From a phage, in assembly GCA_011911785.1 (NCBI GenBank), contig GCA_011911785.1_4084.1: DNA of 64,000 nucleotides. The stretch is one strand, 5' to 3'. Shown here one piece after another: positions 29,561 to 39,070 of this stretch. The notes under the pieces are model-generated. The model searched no databases and was not told the DNA's origin. It saw only the letters and a list, made by a program, of their open reading frames with translations. Both the position numbers and the translations under genes were made by a program. Position 1 is the stretch's first letter. Every line of letters begins with the position of its first letter.

Positions 29561-30309
29561 TTTCTGACTCTTTTATAAAAAATAAAGGTAATAAACGTGT
29601 ATTGGTTATTTCCGGTGCAGGTCTATCCGTTGAAAGTGGGATGGAACCGTTTCGCATGGACGATGGCCTATGGGATCAATTTCAAATAAATGATGTATGT
29701 AACATTGCACGTCTTAGTACTAAGTATCATTTAGTACACACTTTCTATAATACATTACGTGTTAAAATGAAAGATTGTGTTCCTAATGATATGCATTATT
29801 ATATCAAATCTCTAGAAGATACATACGGTGATAACTTTTTACATATGACTTCGAATATGGATGATCTCTATACTCGTATTGGTGGCAATGAATTAAAGTT
29901 ACATGGTAATTTAAAAGAAGTTATTGAGAATTTTACAATTGGTGGTGACGATTATAGTATTGTGGATTGTGGTTATGAACCGTACATTCCGAAAGAAGGT
30001 GTCTTTGCGAAACCAAACGTAGTGTTCATTGGTGAATATTATCGTTATGTTGATGGTGAAAAACTCCCAATATACGATGAGCGTAATTTAGTATTGCAAT
30101 CCTTAACAGAAGATGATACAGTTGTAGTCATTGGTAGCAGTGACACAGTACTGAAATGGTCACATCTGGTTGCGTGTTTACCATGCTTTAGTGTTAATAT
30201 CAACATCAGAAAAAATGATAACGATTTCATGTTCAATGAAAAAATTATAAAACCAGCTACAAAAGCGATTCCAGTACTGGAAACTATCATTAAGGATAGA
30301 ATGAAATGA
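29557..30309 (+). CDS. SIR2-family (sirtuin-like) NAD-binding protein, no zinc ribbon
   Basis: GAGLSVESGMEPFR..GLW (sirtuin GAGIS.ESGIP.FR..GLW), TSNMDDLYTRIG (sirtuin TQNID.LH.RAG), catalytic-His context LHGNL; no CxxC pairs. Confidence 0.7.
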   Translation: MISDSFIKNKGNKRVLVISGAGLSVESGMEPFRMDDGLWDQFQINDVCNIARLSTKYHLVHTFYNTLRVKMKDCVPNDMHYYIKSLEDTYGDNFLHMTSNMDDLYTRIGGNELKLHGNLKEVIENFTIGGDDYSIVDCGYEPYIPKEGVFAKPNVVFIGEYYRYVDGEKLPIYDERNLVLQSLTEDDTVVVIGSSDTVLKWSHLVACLPCFSVNINIRKNDNDFMFNEKIIKPATKAIPVLETIIKDRMK

Positions 30310-30854
30310 TTCGAGAAGTACCTCTAGGTGAGTATGGTAAACGAGCAAACTTTGTATTCTGTTACTTCTTTGCTCGAAATTGTAACCCATATAAAGGTTA
30401 TGATTTAAATGATATCCCTGTTGTGAATCTGGTATTACTCCAGCTTCGTTGGGATGGTTTACTGGGTGGTTGTGGTGGAACAGTTGAAGATACCGATGCC
30501 ACCTTAGAAGATGCACTATTCCGTGAAATTCAGGAAGAGATGGATTATAATATTTTCATCGAACAACTGAAACCATTGAAAACTTACGAACTATATCCAG
30601 GAGCACATACTCATAGCTATAGTTATGAAGTTACTTACGAAGAATTGAAAGCGATTCGCGATGGATACAGTACTGCTAAACATGCAAGTGCAGAAGTGGC
30701 TGGTGTTAATTTATGTCACATTTCTCGTTATTCAAAGGGACAAAACCGAGAAGCAGGATATAATAATCTTATGACACAAAACTTCATAGGAACTGCTAAA
30801 ATGGAATTAGAACATCTTGTTCAATCCGAGAATTTACTGATTAGTTACTTATAA
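30306..30854 (+). CDS. hypothetical protein, possible degenerate Nudix hydrolase
   Basis: GGTVEDTDATLEDALFREIQEEMDY contains REIQEE resembling the Nudix box core, but spacing is non-canonical. Confidence 0.35.
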   Translation: MIREVPLGEYGKRANFVFCYFFARNCNPYKGYDLNDIPVVNLVLLQLRWDGLLGGCGGTVEDTDATLEDALFREIQEEMDYNIFIEQLKPLKTYELYPGAHTHSYSYEVTYEELKAIRDGYSTAKHASAEVAGVNLCHISRYSKGQNREAGYNNLMTQNFIGTAKMELEHLVQSENLLISYL

Positions 30855-30865
30855 GGTGAATTATA

Positions 30866-31198
30866 ATGTCTTACTCAATGTTTCTGGATGATATTCGTGA
30901 TCCTGAAAAGTATTATCCAAATCAAAACATGGTTTTATGTCGTGATTATGAAAGTGCATGTGCTTATGTAAATGAACATGGTTTACCACAATTTATTAGC
31001 TTCGATCATGACTTAGGTGATGTTGGGGAGGATGAAAAAACAGGGTATTCATTTGCAAAATTTCTAATTGATTATATGGTCGAAAACAATATCAGTACTG
31101 GATTCGATTATATTATTCATAGCAGTAATCCTGTAGGGAAGGTCAACATTGACACATACTTACAGAATGGTTTTAGATTTTTGAGAGGGGACAATTGA
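30866..31198 (+). CDS. hypothetical protein
   Basis: 110-aa ORF. Confidence 0.4.
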   Translation: MSYSMFLDDIRDPEKYYPNQNMVLCRDYESACAYVNEHGLPQFISFDHDLGDVGEDEKTGYSFAKFLIDYMVENNISTGFDYIIHSSNPVGKVNIDTYLQNGFRFLRGDN

Positions 31199-31494
31199 CA
31201 AAACATCATATACAAAGCTTTATAATCACAAGTGTTATATTTCTTGTTGTGTTTTGGTTCTTCTATCATCAAGATCAAACCAAGCACCGAAATATATACT
31301 ACCGTACTGCTGTTGTTACTGACATAGGGCAGTGTGAAGAAAATACATGTTCATTTACTTATAAGACTGAAGATGGGTCTATTAAGTATGGAGCATCAAG
31401 GAAACCAGTTTCAGTTGGGCAAATTGTTTACAATGAATGCTGGACAGAAAAGGCTCGCGGTCACCGCTGCTACGTTGACTATGAGCCACAATAA
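31195..31494 (+). CDS. hypothetical membrane protein
   Basis: 99-aa ORF with apparent TTG start and N-terminal hydrophobic helix; start uncertain. Confidence 0.35.
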   Translation: MTKHHIQSFIITSVIFLVVFWFFYHQDQTKHRNIYYRTAVVTDIGQCEENTCSFTYKTEDGSIKYGASRKPVSVGQIVYNECWTEKARGHRCYVDYEPQ

Positions 31495-31558
31495 GAAGTG
31501 TCTGAGTCTATAATCTACCGTAGAGCACAAGGATGTGCTCATAACTCAAGGATGTTTT

Positions 31559-32998
31559 ATGAAAAAATACACAATTGACACAAACGTACTACTATCCGAT
31601 CCAAATGCAACCGTAGCATTTGATGGGGCAGCAGTGATTCTACCATTCACTGTTCTTGAAGAACTTGATTCAATCAAGAGCCGTAATGTTGACGTATCAC
31701 GTGATGCACGTTTCGCAATCCGTAACATCGATGCAATTCTGAAAGATGCTACTCATGAAGAAATCAGCAGTACTGGTGTTAATATTGCCAATATCCACAA
31801 AAATATGGATGCATCCAGTAAGCTATTCGTTATGACGAATGAAGAAGCTGAAGCACTTATTCGTATGGGCGGCAGTGAAGATAAAGTAGAAACTCTACTT
31901 AAAAGTACTGTACCAGATGACAAAATCATTCTAGTGGCTTTGGCATCACAATCAGTACTGGTAACTCGCGACATTAACATGCGTATCAAAGCAATGAGCT
32001 ACGGTGTTGAGGTACAAGATTACCGTCATGACGTTGCAATCGAAGATAGTGAGTTGATTCATATTGGTCAGCACCACCTTGATATTGATTTCTGGAAAAC
32101 ATTCAGTGAAGTTAATAATGCTGAAATTAAATCCCAACAAGAAGGTCGCCGTCTATATCACTATATTCCAACCGCATTGATTCAAGATGTTCTACCAGAT
32201 AATCTATGTATTGGTGATTATCTATATGATAATGCTGATGTACTATTCGTATACGAAGGTCAATCTGCTATCGAAGAAGAAGACGGTTCACTAACACCTG
32301 AAGATATTTTGGTATTCCAGGATATTGGTCAAAGTATCGCTCTTCGTGCTAAAGTTTGGGATATTAAAGCAAAGAATATTCAACAGGCACTAGCAATTAA
32401 CAGTATTCTTGACCCTGATGTACATTTGACAGTACTACTCGGTTCAGCAGGTACTGGTAAAACATTGATTACTGTTGCTACTTCACTCGAATTAGTACTA
32501 GAGAAGCGTAAATACGATCGTATAATCTTCTCCAAAACACAAGATTCTCAATTTGAAGAAATTGGTTTCTTGCCTGGTTCTGAAGCTGAGAAGGTCATCC
32601 CATTCTGTGGGGCTGCAATTGATGCACTAGAGTATCTACACAAAGACGATGCTAACCCACAAGGTAGTATTGAAGAGATTCTCAAACGTAACGTAATGCA
32701 GTTTAAAGCATTGAACTTTATTCGTGGTCGTTCTTTTACTAATACAATTCTAATTGTTGATGAATTCCAGAACATCACCCCTGCACAGGCAAAAACTATT
32801 CTTACCCGTGCAGGTCAAAACTGTAAGGTTATCATTATGGGTAACTTAGCACAGATTGATAGTAAGTTTATTAGTCCAGTTAATAGTGGTTTGACATATG
32901 TAACTGAAAAATTCAAAGATTGGGAAGGGTGTCGTATCATTGAATTGGAAGGTGTTGTACGTTCTGCACTTGCAGAGTTTGCAGAAGAAAATATGTAA
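31559..32998 (+). CDS. phoH: PhoH-like ATPase with N-terminal PIN-like domain
   Basis: Walker A GSAGTGKT, Walker B-like VDEFQN; start set to ATG 31559 with 'aagga' RBS. Confidence 0.85.
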   Translation: MKKYTIDTNVLLSDPNATVAFDGAAVILPFTVLEELDSIKSRNVDVSRDARFAIRNIDAILKDATHEEISSTGVNIANIHKNMDASSKLFVMTNEEAEALIRMGGSEDKVETLLKSTVPDDKIILVALASQSVLVTRDINMRIKAMSYGVEVQDYRHDVAIEDSELIHIGQHHLDIDFWKTFSEVNNAEIKSQQEGRRLYHYIPTALIQDVLPDNLCIGDYLYDNADVLFVYEGQSAIEEEDGSLTPEDILVFQDIGQSIALRAKVWDIKAKNIQQALAINSILDPDVHLTVLLGSAGTGKTLITVATSLELVLEKRKYDRIIFSKTQDSQFEEIGFLPGSEAEKVIPFCGAAIDALEYLHKDDANPQGSIEEILKRNVMQFKALNFIRGRSFTNTILIVDEFQNITPAQAKTILTRAGQNCKVIIMGNLAQIDSKFISPVNSGLTYVTEKFKDWEGCRIIELEGVVRSALAEFAEENM

Positions 32999-33005
32999 TC
33001 TATTA

Positions 33006-33034
33006 TTGACATTAAATGTGTTCATTGCTATAAT
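33006..33034 (+). promoter_or_regulatory. consensus sigma70 promoter (TTGACA-17 nt-TATAAT)
   Basis: Perfect -35 at 33006..33011 and perfect -10 at 33029..33034; RBS aaggaag and ATG 33067 downstream. Confidence 0.6.
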
Positions 33035-33066
33035 GAACACACCATTATCGAAGAAGGAAGTAAATC

Positions 33067-33255
33067 ATGGCTAAACAACCTAAGAAAAAAGAACCAGAAG
33101 TTAAAGTTAAAAAAGTGAAAGTTATTCAATCCAAAGAACAACGCACTTATGAGCTACGTAAAGCTGAAACTTTAAGTGGGCTTCAGTCTCTACGTAAGCA
33201 AGGTGTACTAACACGTGCACAATATCGTGAACTGGTTGCACAAAAAGGTTTTTGA
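33067..33255 (+). CDS. small basic protein
   Basis: 62-aa K/R-rich ORF with strong RBS directly downstream of the consensus promoter. Confidence 0.45.
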   Translation: MAKQPKKKEPEVKVKKVKVIQSKEQRTYELRKAETLSGLQSLRKQGVLTRAQYRELVAQKGF

Positions 33256-33271
33256 TTTAACGCGTTTTTTT

Positions 33272-33334
33272 GGAGTTCTTAATAAATACTTTCATAAGAA
33301 TAATAATACTTTTTATGAATTTAAAAAGAACTCC
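33272..33334 (+). repeat. long inverted repeat (nested stem-loop)
   Basis: 9-nt arms ggagttctt / aagaactcc around a 45-nt AT-rich loop that contains a second inverted repeat (ttcataa / ttatgaa). Confidence 0.5.
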
Positions 33335-33358
33335 ATGTGTTATTTCAGTAAGTTTTTC

Positions 33359-33387
33359 ATCCCTGTCAATTGGCAGGGATTTTTTAT
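33359..33387 (+). terminator. rho-independent terminator
   Basis: Hairpin atccctg-tcaattgg-cagggat followed by tttttt. Confidence 0.6.
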
Positions 33388-33399
33388 TGGTGGTAAACT

Positions 33400-34146
33400 A
33401 TGGATCTTGAAAAACAAACCGAAGCAATCATCACCGAACTAATCAAAATTGGTTATAAATGTCCATTCATCTATGGTTCATGGAATACTTTTTGTTTGTA
33501 TAAGTATGATGACAAATTGCCAAATGATATTGATGTTATTAATATAGTACCAGAAGAGTATGAAGAAGGTGAATTCTCTGTAAAATTAGATTGTATTGAT
33601 ATACCTGTCAATATAGAATGTATGACTCTAAATCATCTTCGTGTAGAATTAATGCGTGGGGATGTTAAATACTATACCATTGGTTTTGGTACTATTGTAC
33701 CGAAATGTGCAAATCATCTTTTGATGTACCTTGGTCATATCGGTTCGGTTATGATGACCCGCCGTAACAGTGAGATTCGTAAAATTTGCAGTACTGCATC
33801 AGATAAAGCCTTTAATAAAGGAAAAAAGAAGTTGACAGTACTGGAAGATTACGATAAGATGTTAGGACTAAAGAACATCTGGCATAGCATTCACTTCATC
33901 TATATCATTACGCATTATTACAATCTGTACAGATCTAACACTGAACATGAAATGAATATTGCGTCGATGAAACAAGAGTTTGATGTGCTTGAAATGCTGA
34001 ACATTCGCGACAACATCTATAAGATATATGATGAAACATATGGTGATTATCATGTAAAAGCACAAGCTGTTATTGATTACGCGAAACCGATTCGTAACAA
34101 ACTGATGACTGAATTTAGAAAATTATACCCCAAGGAGGATGTATGA
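33400..34146 (+). CDS. hypothetical protein
   Basis: 248-aa ORF; a weak GS...DxD-like segment (YGSW..NDIDV) is too loose to call. Confidence 0.4.
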   Translation: MDLEKQTEAIITELIKIGYKCPFIYGSWNTFCLYKYDDKLPNDIDVINIVPEEYEEGEFSVKLDCIDIPVNIECMTLNHLRVELMRGDVKYYTIGFGTIVPKCANHLLMYLGHIGSVMMTRRNSEIRKICSTASDKAFNKGKKKLTVLEDYDKMLGLKNIWHSIHFIYIITHYYNLYRSNTEHEMNIASMKQEFDVLEMLNIRDNIYKIYDETYGDYHVKAQAVIDYAKPIRNKLMTEFRKLYPKEDV

Positions 34147-34209
34147 AAGATACTTTCAGAGGTCGCATGACTTTCCATTAAGGAACTTTAACTTAATGGA
34201 GAAAATAAT

Positions 34210-34767
34210 ATGTTCTTTGACCAAACATTTACGTTGTACCATGATTCTGGAAAAGTAGAGATTGTTGATAATCTTCTACAATATATTGCTGACCACGAAG
34301 GGGTTGATCGATTTCACAGCAAAATGAAATTTGATTTATCCGAGTTCAACAAGAAGAATCGTGAATCATTCTGGAAAAATCGTTTCTATTACGAAATGTA
34401 TCCTGAAAAGTTTGTTGGTTATTATCTCTGTACTGAAAAAGGTTTATTAGTATCGCCTGATTTACTTATGGGTGAATACATGGTTCTCTATAATGAGTAC
34501 TGGGAACATAAACGTAAGGCCCGTGACACCGAATGGCGACACAAACGCTCTTACATGTACAAGCATAACCATTCTCGCTACAAACGTCCTAAGACACAAC
34601 AAGAGCGTCGTATGGCGTGTGCAGTACTGAAGGATGATGGTGAACCTGATATTCGTGGAAAACGCAAGATGCGTTCACTACCGACATATTGGGACGATTT
34701 TAGAACAAGACACAGTACTGGCTGGAAATACAGTACTAAGCGTAAAAAACAATACAAAGGGAGCTAA
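34210..34767 (+). CDS. hypothetical protein with basic C-terminus
   Basis: 185-aa ORF. Confidence 0.4.
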   Translation: MFFDQTFTLYHDSGKVEIVDNLLQYIADHEGVDRFHSKMKFDLSEFNKKNRESFWKNRFYYEMYPEKFVGYYLCTEKGLLVSPDLLMGEYMVLYNEYWEHKRKARDTEWRHKRSYMYKHNHSRYKRPKTQQERRMACAVLKDDGEPDIRGKRKMRSLPTYWDDFRTRHSTGWKYSTKRKKQYKGS

Positions 34768-34795
34768 TGCTCCCTATTTTTATAGGTTAAACGTT

Positions 34796-35125
34796 ATGAA
34801 CAAAGTTGATGTTGATGTAGTTATTGGCTATATTGAAATTGAACAGTGTTGTATTGATACATTGATTGACACTCTTAATAAGTACCGTGCAGAGTACAAG
34901 GGACACATTAGTCTTTCACCGGACGGTGGTTACGGCGGTTTCGATGGATACAATGTAATTTGGACACGAGAAGAAACGGATGAAGAATACAATATCCGTT
35001 TGCAGTTAGAATCACAACGTCGCGAAGAAATTGAACGTCAAGAAATGAAACATTTAATGAACAAGAAATCATTATGTGCTGAAGAGAAATCTAAACTTCT
35101 AAAATATATCAAGGATTACATGTAA
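34796..35125 (+). CDS. hypothetical protein
   Basis: Start set to first ATG after the upstream stop (MNKVDVDVV). Confidence 0.4.
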   Translation: MNKVDVDVVIGYIEIEQCCIDTLIDTLNKYRAEYKGHISLSPDGGYGGFDGYNVIWTREETDEEYNIRLQLESQRREEIERQEMKHLMNKKSLCAEEKSKLLKYIKDYM

Positions 35126-35775
35126 TGAAAAATGTAACTCAAGAAAAGATTCTGTATCACGCTAAACATAACGGTTCTTTCAATATTATTAGCCGAGAAT
35201 ACGTTGGTCATATGGCTAAGTTGATTGATAATTTATTGGAATTTGATTTCCTGAATTGGGAAACTAATGTTCTTTGGTATGAATACGCTGGAAAGCAATG
35301 GGAAAGTGATTATGATAATGCAACACATTCATATACTATCACCAAAGCAGGTGAAGTTCGTTTAGCCATTATGCGTTGTGCATATGCTTACAAAAATCAC
35401 AAAGGTGAAGAAAAACATATTCGCAGAAATGAAGAGCTATTGCTTCTCATGGAATCAGCGAAAGTTACAATGTATGATTTGTTCAACCATCCACGTTGGT
35501 ATGAAAATCTAACCAAAGCAGAGTGCAAAGCGTTGCGTTACATTGATGAACAGACCAAAACGCCAATTTTAGTAGATGATGTAAGTGACGGTGAACTAAG
35601 CCTCAAATGTGTATTTGACAATTCCAGTACTGAAAGTATTACAGACATTTCTGTACAGATGGCACTAAAAGCAATGGAACTTTTCAAGACACAATATGAA
35701 GGACACAGTGCCGATGAAATTGAACGTGAGTTCATTACACGCGTACAGATTGCATTAGCTAAGACCAAAACTTAA
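35125..35775 (+). CDS. hypothetical protein
   Basis: 216-aa ORF. Confidence 0.4.
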   Translation: MKNVTQEKILYHAKHNGSFNIISREYVGHMAKLIDNLLEFDFLNWETNVLWYEYAGKQWESDYDNATHSYTITKAGEVRLAIMRCAYAYKNHKGEEKHIRRNEELLLLMESAKVTMYDLFNHPRWYENLTKAECKALRYIDEQTKTPILVDDVSDGELSLKCVFDNSSTESITDISVQMALKAMELFKTQYEGHSADEIEREFITRVQIALAKTKT

Positions 35776-35793
35776 AAACATTGGAAAATAATC

Positions 35794-35979
35794 ATGAAAA
35801 GACTTGCATATGTATTAGTATTAATGTTAATATCATCTTGTTCACTAATGGACTTTAAATACAGTACACAATACTATTCAGTGTTTGAAGAAGCACCAGA
35901 TAACTGTTTACTAGAAAGTAATCAGATGTATGTCATTAATGGTGAAACAAAATTACAATACATTTGCAAAGAGGATTAA
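35794..35979 (+). CDS. small putative lipoprotein
   Basis: N-terminal hydrophobic signal followed by Cys (LISSCS). Confidence 0.35.
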   Translation: MKRLAYVLVLMLISSCSLMDFKYSTQYYSVFEEAPDNCLLESNQMYVINGETKLQYICKED

Positions 35980-35982
35980 TTC

Positions 35983-36216
35983 ATGAAAAAGATTATCATT
36001 TCTTGTTTAGTTGCTGGGTCAACCTTACTCGTAGGCTGTGCACCTAAAGTTAACGAGATGGATGCAGAAATGATCCGTAAGGACTTAACTAAACTGAATC
36101 ATAATGGCACACTCTATGCCTGTCATGAGATGCGTCACGGACAGGATCTAAATCTTATGTGTCGCAAAATTGTTAACCGCAAACGCTTAACAACAGTTCC
36201 AAAGGATGCTCAATGA
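35983..36216 (+). CDS. small putative lipoprotein
   Basis: Signal peptide with lipobox-like LLVGC. Confidence 0.4.
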   Translation: MKKIIISCLVAGSTLLVGCAPKVNEMDAEMIRKDLTKLNHNGTLYACHEMRHGQDLNLMCRKIVNRKRLTTVPKDAQ

Positions 36217-36238
36217 AAGACGTAATGGGATATAAACT

Positions 36239-36598
36239 ATGAGTGATTATGTTGCATTCCTACATCGTTTTGGTAAAGCTGAAGAAAAGCACATCATTCG
36301 TCTACCAGCTTATGGTGAGAAAGACTGGTACAAAAGTACTATCAGCGTAGGTGCATTCCGTGACCGTGAAGCTGAATTCTTTCTCGGTAAGCAACATGAA
36401 CGAGCAGTGCTTTGTTCCCTTTGGCGTTTAGACGAATGGGATGAAGATAATGCAAGAACTGCGGTATCAATGCTTAAAAGTGTTGGCATTGCAAACTATC
36501 AGCACCCATATGATCTATTACCTACGTTTACCCATGCTTCATTGTTTGACTTTTATAAAGCAATCGGGTATGATTATAAAAAGAAACGTTATATCTGA
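36239..36598 (+). CDS. hypothetical protein
   Basis: 119-aa ORF. Confidence 0.4.
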   Translation: MSDYVAFLHRFGKAEEKHIIRLPAYGEKDWYKSTISVGAFRDREAEFFLGKQHERAVLCSLWRLDEWDEDNARTAVSMLKSVGIANYQHPYDLLPTFTHASLFDFYKAIGYDYKKKRYI

Positions 36599-36608
36599 GG
36601 ATCAATCC

Positions 36609-37412
36609 ATGTCGAATCCAATCTGTAAGCATTGTTCAAAAACTAAATTCTACCATGAACCACATACATTGAAATGTCCTAAACCTTCTCGTTCTCTTCT
36701 CGTCACTTATGAAGATGTTAATGTATATGATGAAGTAGTTTCTGAACCAAACGTTTTAGTTATTCCAGAAATCAATCAAACCGTAAGTCCATTACTAGAT
36801 TGGAAAGAACAGATTACCAATGTTGATGATTTTGTTATTCCGTTACATGACAAACAATGGGTTTTTGATACGATTTATAAAAATGCCGATGTTGATTGTG
36901 AAGAAGAAGCAGATGACCTAAAATGTGCATTAAACAATTGTGATGGAACTGTCGTTTTAGGTAAACCGGATACTGCAAATGATGGAACTTATCTAATGTT
37001 TGGTATGAAAACCAATATCGGTGAACTTGAAGATGATTACTGCCTTCTTGATAATATTACATTAATAGAATGGAGTAAGCTTTCTAATTTAGAATTGATT
37101 GAAATTGGCACTTTTGAAAGTCATATGGATATTGATGAAAGTAAGAATAAAGGTATTAATGCCTTTATGTCTGAAGTTATTGGGCGTTCATTGTATAGTC
37201 CCGATTCCGTTGATATCAAAACGACTGCTGATTGTAAAGCATTCCTAAAGCAAGAATATGATGTTGAAAAAGCAAAACGCATTAAAAAAGAAAAATGGGG
37301 TCAAATCGAATACCGCTTATTTGAATCAGATGAAGGTAGACATTACACCTTAGTATCGTATAACGATAAACTAATTTCTCATTACGCTTTTGCATATAAC
37401 GAAGACTACTAA
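36609..37412 (+). CDS. hypothetical protein with N-terminal zinc-ribbon-like motif
   Basis: CKHCSK...CPKP near the N-terminus; start set to ATG 36609 with 'gagga' RBS. Confidence 0.4.
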   Translation: MSNPICKHCSKTKFYHEPHTLKCPKPSRSLLVTYEDVNVYDEVVSEPNVLVIPEINQTVSPLLDWKEQITNVDDFVIPLHDKQWVFDTIYKNADVDCEEEADDLKCALNNCDGTVVLGKPDTANDGTYLMFGMKTNIGELEDDYCLLDNITLIEWSKLSNLELIEIGTFESHMDIDESKNKGINAFMSEVIGRSLYSPDSVDIKTTADCKAFLKQEYDVEKAKRIKKEKWGQIEYRLFESDEGRHYTLVSYNDKLISHYAFAYNEDY

Positions 37413-37456
37413 TAGTTCAGTACTGTCCATGTGGCAGTACTTTTTATGGAGACTAT

Positions 37457-38074
37457 ATGACTACATCACAAAAGTACTGGTGGATTTTGGGACACCCTGA
37501 ATTTATCAATAAAGACTACGTTGATGCTCGCATTGATGTTGAGCCACACGATGTATGTCCTATCACCAATCGTATTGAAGATTATCCGGTACTGAATACA
37601 AAAACACAGTACTGGATCGAAATGCTAACTCCGTTTTTCGATGAAGACGAAGGGAAGTTCGTTCGTGGACATGAGTACGAGTTGGATTGTGGTGGTGATA
37701 CATATGAAGAAGCAATTGATAATTTATACACCAAGATCCTAGAAAAGTACGGTGATTACACACAAGAAGAAGCGGAAGCTAAGTATGATGCTGTACATCA
37801 GCGTGTAGTGACGAAAAGTGCTTTTCCTTCATCAATGTTCCAACCAGAAGAACTTCGTAACACATGGGAGAACTCAAAATTATCTGAAATTGAACTTGAT
37901 TATATTCCAGGTGATATTGAAAACATTAAAGGTACAATAAAAGCCTTGAAAGAATTCCTCAAAACTTGTACAATAGAAGAACAAGAAGAGGCAAACAAAC
38001 ATTTACAATCCGAGGAATGTAAACTATGGGTGCTTGAGGAATCACTTAGAAAAGGCATAGACTACAACATATGA
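37457..38074 (+). CDS. hypothetical acidic protein
   Basis: 205-aa ORF. Confidence 0.4.
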   Translation: MTTSQKYWWILGHPEFINKDYVDARIDVEPHDVCPITNRIEDYPVLNTKTQYWIEMLTPFFDEDEGKFVRGHEYELDCGGDTYEEAIDNLYTKILEKYGDYTQEEAEAKYDAVHQRVVTKSAFPSSMFQPEELRNTWENSKLSEIELDYIPGDIENIKGTIKALKEFLKTCTIEEQEEANKHLQSEECKLWVLEESLRKGIDYNI

Positions 38075-38439
38075 ACCCGAAATTGCTTAAACTGGTAGAA
38101 GAACTCCGTGAGATGCCGCCGATTGAACAAGTTGGCAATTACAAACGGTATAGAGTAATTGCTCGTGCACTGGATAAGAAAGGTCGAGTACTGGCTACTC
38201 GTACCAACTCTTACACACAGACTCACCCTAAGCAGAAAGGCTTTGCAATTCGTGCGGGTCGCCCTCAAGGGGAATTTTTACACGCTGAAATTTCGTGTCT
38301 TCTTGCTGCTCGTGCTGAAGTACATACTCTTCTTATCGCTCGTGTAAGTAAAGATGGAATTCCAGTTCCAGCAAAACCTTGTGAGATTTGTACATTAGCA
38401 ATTCAGGAGTACGGGGTAAAAGAGATTATCCATACATGA
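38071..38439 (+). CDS. CDA-fold zinc-dependent deaminase (TadA / cytidine deaminase-like)
   Basis: HAEISCLLAA and PCEICTL, the H[AC]E ... PCxxC deaminase signature, in a 122-aa protein. Confidence 0.55.
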   Translation: MNPKLLKLVEELREMPPIEQVGNYKRYRVIARALDKKGRVLATRTNSYTQTHPKQKGFAIRAGRPQGEFLHAEISCLLAARAEVHTLLIARVSKDGIPVPAKPCEICTLAIQEYGVKEIIHT

Positions 38440-38657
38440 AAATTGAACGATATCAGCACCATACTGTACTGTTTGGTGAATCAATAATGTACTATTATAT
38501 TTTTGAGCCAAAACATTCGTTACAAATAACTATATACGAAAATGGTAAATTTAAAGATACCAATTTCCCATTACATGAATTGGCATTATATTCCAGTACT
38601 GATCACTTTAAGCATTTAGTATTTGTATATTGTATTCCAAATGAAAACGAGGAATAA
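38436..38657 (+). CDS. hypothetical protein
   Basis: ATGA overlap with upstream stop. Confidence 0.35.
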   Translation: MKIERYQHHTVLFGESIMYYYIFEPKHSLQITIYENGKFKDTNFPLHELALYSSTDHFKHLVFVYCIPNENEE

Positions 38658-38659
38658 CT

Positions 38660-39070
38660 ATGTTAGAAGATGAGTTTCTAAAATTAAGTAGAAAGATATT
38701 TGATATACTAGGTGATGAAACAGATTTCAATCTAAGCGATAAAGATATCCCATTGGAAGATGGTGGTTTCTTTTTCGCATTTGGATCTACGTATAATCTG
38801 GATATTTCAAAGCCTATCAGTGATGATAGTGATTATACTGCAACAACATATTTTGATTTCCAGCTTAATGGACACAAAGAGCGTTTACTAACGTACAGAC
38901 GTAAAGGTAGTTTCAATAGAACCGAGATTACATTAATGGATTTTGAGAAACGCATCGAACTCGCGAAGAAACATCCATTCATCAGTACTCATGCGTTTAA
39001 TAGGCTAATCGATCTATTAGACAGTTATCCAGAGACAATACGAGGGTCATTACGTTTAAATGCAGATTGA
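38660..39070 (+). CDS. hypothetical protein
   Basis: 136-aa ORF. Confidence 0.4.
   Translation: MLEDEFLKLSRKIFDILGDETDFNLSDKDIPLEDGGFFFAFGSTYNLDISKPISDDSDYTATTYFDFQLNGHKERLLTYRRKGSFNRTEITLMDFEKRIELAKKHPFISTHAFNRLIDLLDSYPETIRGSLRLNAD

Noticed and set aside
33215-33442. 75-aa ORF spanning the inverted repeat and terminator
   Set aside because: Crosses a strong stem-loop and a rho-independent terminator and overlaps the 3' end of the small basic gene; more likely non-coding.
33400-34146. Minimal nucleotidyltransferase call for the 248-aa ORF
   Set aside because: The GS ... DID spacing is longer than the usual GS-x9-13-DxD and no other NTase elements were recognisable; kept as hypothetical.
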